Virus record (IMG/VR): IMGVR_UViG_3300011335_000775
Coordinates: 32,001-96,000 of that record
Reading direction: 5' to 3' (one strand)
Origin: a virus
Length of the DNA: 64,000 nt
Shown here one piece after another: positions 40,058 to 48,923 of this stretch. Under the pieces are notes generated by a model. It was given only the letters and a program-made list of their open reading frames with translations. It did not search any database and was not told the origin of the DNA. The stretch's first letter is position 1, and each line of letters opens with the position of its first letter. The position numbers were made by a program, and so were the translations under genes.

Positions 40058-41053
40058 ATGAAAAAACTCATCGCCATGCTACTCACAGCAGTTGCATTCT
40101 CAGCAACAGCACAAGAAATTACCGGAGCCGGAGCAACATTTCCGGCTCCCCTATATTCAAAGTGGGCAAGTGATTATAATAAATCTACCAACATCAAGAT
40201 CAACTATCAATCAGTAGGATCAGGTGCAGGTATCAAACAAATTGAAGCCAAGACAGTTACATTCGGTGCCAGCGATATGCCACTGACTGATGAAAAACTA
40301 GCAGCATTGGGCTTGTTCCAATTCCCCACCGTGATTGGCGGAGTGGTACCAGTTATCAATCTCAAAGGTATTGAACCTGGACAAATGAAACTGTCCGGTC
40401 CTGTAATTGCAGACATCTTCTTGGGCAAGATTACCAAGTGGGACGACGCTGCTATCAAGACATTGAACCCCGCATTGGCATTGCCCAGTACAGATATCAC
40501 AGTTGTTCGCCGTGCAGACGGATCAGGTACAACATTTATCTGGACCAACTATCTAAGCAAAGTAAGTCGAGAGTTCAAAGATGTCATTGGTGAAGGCACT
40601 GCTGTGAGTTGGAAAGTAGGAGCAGGCGGCAAAGGCAATGAAGGTGTTGCAGCCATGGTTAGACAACTTCCAGGCACACTAGGATATGTTGAATATGCTT
40701 ATGTAAAACAAGCCAAGATGAATTGGGTCAATGTACAAAATGCAGCAGGTACATGGGTTGCACCCACAGAAGATACTTTCAAGGCAGCGGCTGCTAATGC
40801 AGACTGGAACAAGTCATACTATCAAATTCTTACCAACCAAGCAGGTAAGGAAGCATGGCCCATCACTGGTGCTACATTTATCCTGGTACACACCAAGCCA
40901 GACGATGCTGCTAAATCCAAAACTGCTATGGCTTTCTTTGATTGGGTATTTGCCAATGGTGACAAGGCCGCAGATGATTTAGATTATGTTGCTTTACCCA
41001 CAGCAGTCAAAACAAAGATCCGGGCAGATTGGAAACAGCTGGGATTGAATTAA
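40058..41053 (+). CDS. pstS: Phosphate-binding protein PstS
   Basis: GAGATFPAPLY, GSGAG, FGASD, RADGSGTT, GKGNEGV, WPI. Confidence 0.96.
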   Translation: MKKLIAMLLTAVAFSATAQEITGAGATFPAPLYSKWASDYNKSTNIKINYQSVGSGAGIKQIEAKTVTFGASDMPLTDEKLAALGLFQFPTVIGGVVPVINLKGIEPGQMKLSGPVIADIFLGKITKWDDAAIKTLNPALALPSTDITVVRRADGSGTTFIWTNYLSKVSREFKDVIGEGTAVSWKVGAGGKGNEGVAAMVRQLPGTLGYVEYAYVKQAKMNWVNVQNAAGTWVAPTEDTFKAAAANADWNKSYYQILTNQAGKEAWPITGATFILVHTKPDDAAKSKTAMAFFDWVFANGDKAADDLDYVALPTAVKTKIRADWKQLGLN

Positions 41054-41098
41054 ACCGACCGCAAAATTGGGCGGACGCTGGAACTCGTAACCAGCACT

Positions 41099-41120
41099 AA
41101 GGGCCGAAAGGCTCTTTTTT
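41099..41120 (+). terminator. Intrinsic terminator
   Basis: AGGGCC-GAAA-GGCTCT followed by a T run. Confidence 0.8.
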
Positions 41121-41172
41121 ATTGGCTTTTATTTCAATAACGGTATAAATAGTTTTTGAGGATGGGCATGTT

Positions 41173-41331
41173 ATGAAACAATCAAAATTGATCACAAAAT
41201 TATACCGGGCCTGTGTTGCTCACGATAGCGAAGCAATTGCAAAACTGCGTAAAAAAGAGTTTGAAAAAATATTAAAACACAAAGCCCAGGGCAAACTATT
41301 TACATCCAAGTGGACCTTGGTACAGATTTAA
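41173..41331 (+). CDS. 52-aa basic protein (not in the ORF track)
   Basis: TATAAATA upstream; [14 protein letters not shown]... Confidence 0.55.
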   Translation: MKQSKLITKLYRACVAHDSEAIAKLRKKEFEKILKHKAQGKLFTSKWTLVQI

Positions 41332-41348
41332 TGTAACACAACTGTAAC
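41331..41348 (+). promoter_or_regulatory. Pho box-like repeat upstream of the plcP-like gene
   Basis: ATGTAAC-ACAA-CTGTAAC, 11-bp period; TATGAT at 41357. Confidence 0.7.
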
Positions 41349-41380
41349 ATGATTAGTATGATTTTCTGCGTAAATACCCT

Positions 41381-42145
41381 ATGCAGAAAACATACCGATC
41401 AATCTTTGTATCTGACGTACACCTTGGTACACGAGATAGCCAAGCTGAAAAGTTAAACAATTTTCTCAAACACAACACCTGTGATACTCTCTACCTTGTG
41501 GGAGATATCATTGATGCATGGAGAATTCAACAAAACAAATGGCGCTGGAAACAAAGCCACACCAATGTGGTACGGCGTGTGCTAGGTCATGCCAAACGTG
41601 GTACCCGTGTGGTTTATATTGCAGGCAATCATGACGAATTCCTGCGCCCAATGATACCATATGGGTTCAGCTTTGGACTAGTAGAAATACACAATCAAAT
41701 TGAACATATAGGCGCAAACGGCAAACATTATCTTGTGGTACACGGAGACTTGTTTGACGGTATAACTAGACTAGCACCATGGATAGCATTTTTAGGAGAC
41801 AAGGCATATGATGTCATTTTATCGTTTAATAGCAAATTTAATTGGGTACGTCATCGTTTTGGTTTTGGGTACTTTAGTCTTAGTCAATATCTCAAAACAA
41901 GGGTAAAAAAAGCAGTAGACTTCATATTCCATTTTGAGAAGAATCTTGCTGGCTATTGTAAGAAACGTGGGTTCGATGGAGTAATCTGCGGGCACATACA
42001 TCATGCAGAGATAAAAGAGATAGACGGTGTGATCTACATGAATGACGGCGACTGGGTCGAGTCTTGTACTGCATTAGTAGAACGTCACGACGGCACGTGG
42101 GAAATAGTTACTTGGACCAAGGAGAAAGACGATGAAACTCAGTGA
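41381..42145 (+). CDS. PlcP-like phospholipase C (LpxH-like metallophosphoesterase)
   Basis: SDVHLG, LVGDIIDAW, GNHDEFLR, HGDLFD, LGDKAYD, VICGHIH, NDGDWVESCTA. Confidence 0.8.
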   Translation: MQKTYRSIFVSDVHLGTRDSQAEKLNNFLKHNTCDTLYLVGDIIDAWRIQQNKWRWKQSHTNVVRRVLGHAKRGTRVVYIAGNHDEFLRPMIPYGFSFGLVEIHNQIEHIGANGKHYLVVHGDLFDGITRLAPWIAFLGDKAYDVILSFNSKFNWVRHRFGFGYFSLSQYLKTRVKKAVDFIFHFEKNLAGYCKKRGFDGVICGHIHHAEIKEIDGVIYMNDGDWVESCTALVERHDGTWEIVTWTKEKDDETQ

Positions 42146-42842
42146 TAAAATTACTATTGTAGTACCTTGCAAAAACGAAGAAACGTATATTCATCATCTG
42201 TTGGACACGTTGCGTTCGCAGAACATTGGTGATACCAGAATCATCATCGCTGACTGTTCTACAGACAACACTAGACAAGTTATACAGGATAACAGTTTTG
42301 AATTGAATGTTGAAATAATTCCTGGTGGGACAGTTAGTGTTGCCAAGAACAACGGAGCACGATTGGCCACCACACCATACATCTTGTTCATTGACGCCGA
42401 TGTGCGTTTCTTTAAGTATGATGTGATTCGTGATGCTGTTGATAAAATTGAATCTGGCAATTTAGATCTTGTGGGATTGAACATCAAATGCTATGACCGA
42501 GACTTAAGAGCAAAAGTTGGGTTTGTTGTTTTTAACACAATTAATCACACATTGAAATATTTTTCTCCCTTTGCTGTTGGGGCATTCATGCTGACTCGTC
42601 GAGATAGATTTGAAGAATACGGTGGTTTTCCAGAAAACTTTTCAACATCAGAAGACTACTTTTTATCAAGAAAGTACAGCCCTCAGAAGTTCAAAATTGT
42701 CAGGCATCATCTTGGACAAGATAGTCGACGGTTTAAAAAGATGGGATATTTTGGCATGGCCCGATATCTTGTGACAAATTTCATCAATCGCAATAACAAA
42801 AAGTACTGGGATAAATTGGACTCAAGTAAGTATTGGAATTAA
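42132..42842 (+). CDS. GT2 glycosyltransferase
   Basis: VVPCKNEE, DCSTDNT, KNNGA, FIDAD, GGF, SED, SRR. Confidence 0.88.
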   Translation: MKLSDKITIVVPCKNEETYIHHLLDTLRSQNIGDTRIIIADCSTDNTRQVIQDNSFELNVEIIPGGTVSVAKNNGARLATTPYILFIDADVRFFKYDVIRDAVDKIESGNLDLVGLNIKCYDRDLRAKVGFVVFNTINHTLKYFSPFAVGAFMLTRRDRFEEYGGFPENFSTSEDYFLSRKYSPQKFKIVRHHLGQDSRRFKKMGYFGMARYLVTNFINRNNKKYWDKLDSSKYWN

Positions 42843-43047
42843 AATTGTATATTACGAGACAGTTGCGATACTAAGTATCTGTATGAGTTGGTTTAAACGT
42901 AGACCCCCAAGGCCGCCTCCTCCGCCGGCACATACTGATGTATTTCAACATAATTATTACATTCAATGACGTATTGTTTTTATTAGCGTGTGTTCCGTTG
43001 GCGATGATATTTTGGGTGATGTTCAAAGACTGGATAAAGGATCGGCA

Positions 43048-43650
43048 CTAACCTCCGTTTTTTGCAGCCTCTTCTAATTCCAACTGTCTTTGTTGTTGTT
43101 GCTGTCTCTTAATTTGCTCATATCTCAGTTGCTTGGCTTCGTATGCTTTTTTTTCTTCAGCCATGCCGTAAAACTGAAGACCTAACATAACAATCACCGT
43201 GATAAGAAACCCAAACGCAATAATGTATGTGCCCATCATTCCAAACTGGGCCATTTTTTCTTTGTGAGCTTGTTTGGCTTTTGCAGCTTCTGCTTCACCT
43301 TCGCGTTTTTCTCTTAGTAATCTGGCACGCTCTGCAATCATTTCTTCCCAGATTTGAGGCTTGCCCATTTCCCATATGATCATATCTTTAAGGGCTTTTT
43401 CATCTTCACGCAACTGATTACTGTGCATGGCAAATTCAAGTGCCTGACGACCCAACTGCGCATCCGACTTGCCCATGGCACTGTGCTTGGCTTTGATGCT
43501 GGCCAAATGCACCGTGTCGGCAGCTTCAAAGAACTTGCCCATTTGCCCAATGATGCCGTTGACATCTTTGCCCAAGGCAATGGCTTGTTTGATATAACCT
43601 ACTGCTTGTTGTGCTGCTGTAAAAGCAAGACCAATGGTAATTGGGTCCAT
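43048..43650 (-). CDS. Coiled-coil protein with TM helix
   Basis: MDPITIG start, hydrophobic segment near the C-terminus. Confidence 0.65.
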   Translation of the reverse strand: MDPITIGLAFTAAQQAVGYIKQAIALGKDVNGIIGQMGKFFEAADTVHLASIKAKHSAMGKSDAQLGRQALEFAMHSNQLREDEKALKDMIIWEMGKPQIWEEMIAERARLLREKREGEAEAAKAKQAHKEKMAQFGMMGTYIIAFGFLITVIVMLGLQFYGMAEEKKAYEAKQLRYEQIKRQQQQQRQLELEEAAKNGG

Positions 43651-43653
43651 GAC

Positions 43654-43884
43654 TTAAACACCCCCACGTTTACATATATCTTTGTGTAATCTATTTGAGC
43701 AATCTTGTTTTGCCCATTCCGTACAATTTACTTTACCTTCAGCAGCAGTGCTGGCCCATTGCCACTTTACACAGATCCATACTTGATCTTTTGTTAATGT
43801 GTTGGATTTTTGTTCGCTGGCAACTACCATTATCAGCAATGGAAGTAAAATAACCAACCATCTTACAATGGAAACCATAGCCAA
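43654..43884 (-). CDS. Small secreted Cys-rich protein (start uncertain)
   Basis: Hydrophobic N-terminus, 4 Cys. Confidence 0.45.
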   Translation of the reverse strand: MAMVSIVRWLVILLPLLIMVVASEQKSNTLTKDQVWICVKWQWASTAAEGKVNCTEWAKQDCSNRLHKDICKRGGV

Positions 43885-44390
43885 ATTCCTTGGCTCATTA
43901 ACACAGCACCAACCAAGCCCACACCAATACTGGCATAAAACATACCCATACTCACTGCCAGAATACTAGCACTTAACAACACAATACTGAGTTGTAATGC
44001 TGATCCTGCAAAGGTCAGCCATGGGCTGTGTTTCTTTGCTTGATCACGAGAATTTTCCAGTGACCTGGCACGAGCCATGAGTTCTTTTTTGCCTTCGCCG
44101 GTGACCGGATCACTTTCGTAACGATCAATCCGGGCAGTGAGTTCTGCTACCTTCTTGACATCATGACGTGCTAGTGCATCATCTCGGGCATTTTCTGCAA
44201 TGGTTTGCTTGATGCTTTTGCTTTGATAAAAGTTCCAGGTGTCATTGGCGCGGATGGTGTTGGTCAGCACTTCGCTGCTGAGACCATTGGCAATGTAAGT
44301 ATTCACAGCCAACATGGCTGCTATTACTGTGATTACCCAGCCTGCTCGATCTTTGATGTGTGCTTCGCGTTCACTACGTGATTCTGCCAT
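43863..44390 (-). CDS. DUF4337-like membrane protein
   Basis: ANDTWNFYQSKSIKQ, LQLSIVLLSASIL. Confidence 0.7.
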   Translation of the reverse strand: MAESRSEREAHIKDRAGWVITVIAAMLAVNTYIANGLSSEVLTNTIRANDTWNFYQSKSIKQTIAENARDDALARHDVKKVAELTARIDRYESDPVTGEGKKELMARARSLENSRDQAKKHSPWLTFAGSALQLSIVLLSASILAVSMGMFYASIGVGLVGAVLMSQGIWLWFPL

Positions 44391-44425
44391 GATTGCTCCT
44401 TGTTATTGTTGTTTTTAATCAAAAT

Positions 44426-44509
44426 AAAACCCCACTTGTATTTAAGTGGGGGTTGTGGCAGAAAAAGTTGGTGGTTTACTGCGGCGGCTTTTTGACTCTA
44501 GGCTTGGGT
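44426..44509. repeat. Direct repeat copy 1 (copy 2 at 45402-45485): gene tail plus hairpin/late promoter
   Basis: 47-nt core 44463-44509 vs 45439-45485 with one mismatch; shared CCCACT.GTATTTAAGTGGG hairpin. Confidence 0.9.
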
Positions 44510-45207
44510 ACAACTTTTTTAACTGTCACACGTCGCGGAGTATTACCTTCTTTATGTTTGATAACCATTACTAGTAAAATTAAACTTACATTTATAACAA
44601 TAATCATAGTCCAGGCAGCTGTCATATAAAATAAATATTCTGACTGCAATCTATTCACTACTAGGGTATAAAATTCATCAGTGGTGTTTACAATTTCTTT
44701 CTTGTATTTTTTGTAATCATCTCCAAACATCAACATCTGTGCTTCTGTATAATGATGCATCTGGATTTCAAAATTTAATTCTGGTCGTCCTTTGTCAATC
44801 CAGGCAAACGCTTGGACTTCTAGTTTGGCAAGATTGTTACTTAATTCTTCTGCTTTCAATAATCGATCCAATTCAGACTGCAAGAACGGTACTTCTTTTA
44901 CTCTGTTTTTGAATGATTTTGTAATGTTCTTTTCATCTGGCATTTCACCGTTGCGTATTTTAAGTACATTGTTAAACTCTGTTCTCCATTGTTCGTTTTT
45001 GGTTGTTACAAAAAATCTGGCATAGTTAGTTAAATCGTCAGATGATTTGGCCATGGCACGACTAAGTGAAGCAGCATGGTTAAGTGTGGTCAACTGAGTT
45101 TCTGCACTTTTAAAACAACTAAGCACAGCCAAACTACAGAAGAATATAACCCCAGCAATAACATACGGAGTTTTCTTAAATTCTAAAATTTTATCTAATA
45201 TTTTCAT
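44476..45207 (-). CDS. Two-TM periplasmic sensor domain (MCP/DGC/HK type) with no signalling domain
   Basis: SSDDLTNYARFFVTT...IRNG...SNNLAKLEVQAF...MFGDDY. Confidence 0.65.
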   Translation of the reverse strand: MKILDKILEFKKTPYVIAGVIFFCSLAVLSCFKSAETQLTTLNHAASLSRAMAKSSDDLTNYARFFVTTKNEQWRTEFNNVLKIRNGEMPDEKNITKSFKNRVKEVPFLQSELDRLLKAEELSNNLAKLEVQAFAWIDKGRPELNFEIQMHHYTEAQMLMFGDDYKKYKKEIVNTTDEFYTLVVNRLQSEYLFYMTAAWTMIIVINVSLILLVMVIKHKEGNTPRRVTVKKVVPKPRVKKPPQ

Positions 45208-45371
45208 GTTAATGTTTTCACTATTAATGCTAGTACCTGCTTGACTTCAGCCTGATAATTGGTGAGGATCACCATACCCATCCCCAACATAGCAGTTGGG
45301 AGACTTTTTGATGATGAAGGAGGAGGAGGCGCAACTACTTTTCGTTTAGCAGTGACCTTTTTTGTTACCAT
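45204..45371 (-). CDS. 55-aa protein (not in the ORF track)
   Basis: GGAG RBS, ATGA coupling to 45207. Confidence 0.55.
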   Translation of the reverse strand: MVTKKVTAKRKVVAPPPPSSSKSLPTAMLGMGMVILTNYQAEVKQVLALIVKTLT

Positions 45372-45451
45372 TATGTACTCCGTATTATTTTATGGGCAAA
45401 GAAAAACCCACTCGTATTTAAGTGGGTTTTTATGCTATAAAAGTTGGTGGT

Positions 45452-45766
45452 TTACTGTGGCGGCTTTTTGACTCTAGGCTTGGGTGTGGCTTTGATTGCT
45501 GCGGGGTTCTTTGCTGCTTTTGGTTCTGCTGGCTTCCTGGTAAACGTGCGTTTTTTCTTTTCAACAACTGGTACATTATCTGCAGGATTGCTGTTGGTAA
45601 CAACCAATGGAATTGGTGTTATTGCAACAGGTTCGGGAACTTTGTATGGTGCTGTGGCAGGTGCTTCTACCTTGTATGGTGCTGCGGCAACTGGGGCGGC
45701 AACCGCTGTAATTTCGGGTTCAGCTGGTTTCCGGCCAGTAAAAAAGTCAATAATTTTCTTTAACAT
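45452..45766 (-). CDS. P/A/K-rich low-complexity protein
   Basis: AGGAGA RBS; APYKV repeats; ends PKPRVKKPPQ. Confidence 0.7.
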   Translation of the reverse strand: MLKKIIDFFTGRKPAEPEITAVAAPVAAAPYKVEAPATAPYKVPEPVAITPIPLVVTNSNPADNVPVVEKKKRTFTRKPAEPKAAKNPAAIKATPKPRVKKPPQ

Positions 45767-45876
45767 GTTGTTGTCTCCTATATGTTATTTATAACTGAAT
45801 AGTTTTTGGCAAAAAAATCTGACAGAATATTGCCTAAAAATGCTGCATTGCCGCAATTTGTCATATATAATAGCAC

Positions 45877-45933
45877 ATAGGATGCTGCACGGTGCGGGTC
45901 CTATAGTCTACTTGCTTATCTAAGGAGAAACAT
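45877..45933 (+). promoter_or_regulatory. ROSE-like leader similar to the hsp20 leader
   Basis: TAGGATGC..GGGTCCTA hairpin; CTTGCTT/AAGGAG pairing. Confidence 0.55.
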
Positions 45934-46212
45934 ATGTTTACAGCAGACACCATGATCGACACCATTCAAAATGGTAAAAAACAATTCGTTAAGACTTTTG
46001 TCACCAACGAAACAATGGCCACTTCAATGAATCAATTTGTTGACATCCAAGCCGAATATACCAAGAAAGCTTTCAAAGCATCCACAGATGCAGCCACAGT
46101 GCTCATGCAAGAAGCTATCAAGGTAACTAAAGATGCTTCCAAATTTGACTACGTGAAGTTCGGCGAAGGCATCATGAAAGCCTATCAAACCACGCAGAAA
46201 AAGGGCGCCTAA
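45934..46212 (+). CDS. Phasin-like amphipathic helical protein
   Basis: 92 aa, all-helical, rich in A/T/K; resemblance only. Confidence 0.45.
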   Translation: MFTADTMIDTIQNGKKQFVKTFVTNETMATSMNQFVDIQAEYTKKAFKASTDAATVLMQEAIKVTKDASKFDYVKFGEGIMKAYQTTQKKGA

Positions 46213-46213
46213 T

Positions 46214-46414
46214 ATGAAAAGCCAAGCATCGCCTTGGCCGGGCGAAATACATCGGTCAGTATTGGATATATCCATTAATGATTTGTTAGATTGGATAAAG
46301 GATACCTTTACGCCATCATACCGAAAAGAAGTTGAGTCGTATCTAGCCGATTCTACAGATATATTTGATTTAGAACGCAGAATTCAAATTCTACAACGTA
46401 GAGGAATTGTGTAA
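46214..46414 (+). CDS. DUF3563-like protein
   Basis: ESYLADSTDIFDLERRIQIL. Confidence 0.6.
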   Translation: MKSQASPWPGEIHRSVLDISINDLLDWIKDTFTPSYRKEVESYLADSTDIFDLERRIQILQRRGIV

Positions 46415-46567
46415 TGACCGTATTTAAATCCTTTTATAATTTTTTAGGAAATTATGGACGCTGCTGTGTTGCTGTTCATTTGACTGCACTTGGAGATCAT
46501 GCAGGTGCTCAACGAATTATGATGGAAGATTTCCAGGGCTGGATCTAAAAAAGTCTCAAATTCCTGG

Positions 46568-46596
46568 TTGACCACTAATCCGGTTCGTGCTATAAT
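46568..46596 (+). promoter_or_regulatory. Early sigma70 promoter
   Basis: TTGACC-17-TATAAT. Confidence 0.85.
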
Positions 46597-46630
46597 TACA
46601 GCATAGACCGGATTTTTTACGGAGATTGTG

Positions 46631-46786
46631 ATGAGACCCATGAGTTTTGTGATTGAATTACCTCGACAGCGCCGTCGTGCTGTGGAACTGTACTCACGCG
46701 ACACACCATTCCGTCACCGTGTGGAGCAGAGCAAAACTCAATATCGTCGTCGTGCTAAACATGTGAAAAAAGGGGCTGAAGAATGA
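46631..46786 (+). CDS. 51-aa basic protein, ArfA-like (not in the ORF track)
   Basis: GGAG RBS; PFRHRVEQSKTQYRRRAKH. Confidence 0.5.
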   Translation: MRPMSFVIELPRQRRRAVELYSRDTPFRHRVEQSKTQYRRRAKHVKKGAEE

Positions 46787-48053
46787 ACGAACGAATTGAA
46801 AAACTTGCCGAACAGTGTCGAATTGAAACTTATGGCGTCAATGGCGAACTGTTGACATTTGGGTTTGACGAAGAAAAATTCGCCGAGTTGATTGTGCGAG
46901 AACTTTCTGCTGTTGCTAATCATTTTAGTGATGGACATGAAGTGAGACAATTTGACGATAGCAAAAGGTATCTTTATTTTGTTGATATCGGTCAAGTTAT
47001 TTTAGAACATTTCGGAGTTGAAGAATGAACGAACGAATCTTTGAACTGGCTAAACAGGCTGGCCTTATTCAATGGGACTCGCTTCCTTCAGGTGCTAGAA
47101 CACCCGATCACGAAAGTGTTGTCAAGGCACAAAAGTTCGCCGAGTTGATTGTGGCTGAATGTGCTGAGTCGTTGTGGACAGAAGAATGTTACAATAGTGA
47201 TTTGGCCTTAGAAGAATTTGAAAAGAATAGTAAGAAGATTCGAGAACATTTCGGAGTTGAAGAATGACCACTGAAATCACTACAGAAATGCTGGACCGTA
47301 CTATTGCATGGTGTGAGCAAAACGCATTTTGGGGCAAACCTTCTGCTGTGCCGCGTATGCTGGATTTCTACTTTGAAAAGACTCGAACCAGTGTGAAAGA
47401 AGATTGGCCCGAGACATTCACATTTCAGGATCTAGCCAAGGCCCTGGGCGAGTACCCGGTGCGGTATAGGATTTATTACAGTCAAGATAACCTCACTTTA
47501 CGACTGTTTGTATTCAGACCTCGCTGCACTTGGTCTGAAGAAAAAAAGATGTTAGACTTGGGCTTTGTTGTTGCTCAAGATGGTGATACAGAAAACATCC
47601 CAGACCAACCTGTGAAACAAGTGGTGGAAGAATGAACGAACGAATTAAAGAACTCAGAAAACAGGCAATAGAATTCGCAAATGCCACCGAACGTGATACT
47701 GACTATAGATGGGATGTAGCATGTGATACAAAGTTCGCCGAGTTGATTGTGAAAGAATGTGCCAATGTTGCTGCCGATCATGATGCATTAGACATTTACG
47801 AAGAGATTAGAGAACATTTTGGAGTTGAAGAATGAACGAACGAATCGAATCCCTACTACCTACCCCATTTAGAAAACAGGGGCAGCAGATTGAAGCAGAC
47901 GGTGAAGTAAATGTATTCTGCGATATGTATTGTAAAGAGCAGATGATTGAATTCGCCGAGTTGATTGTGAAAGAATGTGCTAAATTTTTATGGGACAGTA
48001 ATGACATTTTAGATGAGTATCGTATCAAAAAACATTTCGGAGTTGAAGAATGA
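46783..48053 (+). repeat. Tandem array of MNERI...FAELIV...HFGVEE paralogs (46783-47028, 47025-47267, 47632-47835, 47832-48053) with one unrelated gene (47264-47635)
   Basis: Four copies of TTCGCCGAGTTGATTGTG; six GAAGAATGA junctions. Confidence 0.9.
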
Positions 48054-48268
48054 AAAAAATTGAATTGGATGGTGAAATTGCAGACGGCATTGCCCTGGCA
48101 GTGCTCAAAGACCAACGTGCTTATCTCAAAAAAGAACTAGCACAATGGAAAAAGAATCCCCGGTCAGATACCAATCCCACTGGCTATTGGCTACATCCTG
48201 ACGATGTGGTAGGCCATGCTCAACTGATTACTGCCCTGGACACAATCATTGAATATTTTGGAGGTTAA
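48050..48268 (+). CDS. Hypothetical protein
   Basis: Coupled to the array. Confidence 0.65.
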   Translation: MKKIELDGEIADGIALAVLKDQRAYLKKELAQWKKNPRSDTNPTGYWLHPDDVVGHAQLITALDTIIEYFGG

Positions 48269-48269
48269 C

Positions 48270-48425
48270 ATGACCGCAGACACCCGTGAAATTGTTGAAA
48301 TTGAAATTGAACCTGAACTGTTGTATCAGATCATGCTGCTGGCACACGAACAAGATATCACACTGAATCAACTGATTGAACGTGTTCTACGTGAATACAT
48401 TGCAACACATACCAATCTAGTATGA
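48270..48425 (+). CDS. Ribbon-helix-helix (HicB-tail-like) DNA-binding protein
   Basis: GGAGG RBS; IEIEPELLYQIMLLAHEQDITLNQLIERVL. Confidence 0.6.
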   Translation: MTADTREIVEIEIEPELLYQIMLLAHEQDITLNQLIERVLREYIATHTNLV

Positions 48426-48640
48426 AATACCTACTGCTGGTATTGCTGCTAACAGGGTGTGGTCATTTTTCACCCAAGACATCACCACCCGTGGATGTGA
48501 GTCTTATACCCAATGACTGTGCCAATCAACAACGTATAGTTCGCTGGCTGGAAAGCCAATCACAAGGAGAATGGAATGAACATGTCGCGCAAATCAAAGG
48601 CCGTATCTGGAATCTGCGTTACACTTGCAATCCTGTGTAG
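48422..48640 (+). CDS. Lipoprotein
   Basis: Lipobox LTGC. Confidence 0.7.
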   Translation: MKYLLLVLLLTGCGHFSPKTSPPVDVSLIPNDCANQQRIVRWLESQSQGEWNEHVAQIKGRIWNLRYTCNPV

Positions 48641-48923
48641 TGGCTGTGCCACATCCAGGCCGCAAGCAATGAACTTTGTGGATTTGGACTATTTCCAAAT
48701 CAACTGCTCTCAAAGATATGAACAAATGGCTCTATTGCAGAGCATGCGTAGCACCCCGGATGATCGACTGTTTGCAAGAGCCAGCAATGCATTGCAACCC
48801 TGGCGAGCATATACCAATCCTGAACAATACAATAACAATGCTGCTCAGGGATATGGACGCAGTGACTGGGTGATCAACCAAAAACTTATTGAACTAAGAG
48901 ACAACTGTAGGAGCAATCCATGA
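48582..48923 (+). CDS. Lipoprotein
   Basis: Lipobox-like CSGC; related to the previous gene. Confidence 0.6.
   Translation: MSRKSKAVSGICVTLAILCSGCATSRPQAMNFVDLDYFQINCSQRYEQMALLQSMRSTPDDRLFARASNALQPWRAYTNPEQYNNNAAQGYGRSDWVINQKLIELRDNCRSNP

Noticed and set aside
46783-48053. CRISPR array
   Set aside because: Repeats are in-frame parts of coupled ORFs, intervening lengths are irregular, and no cas operon is present
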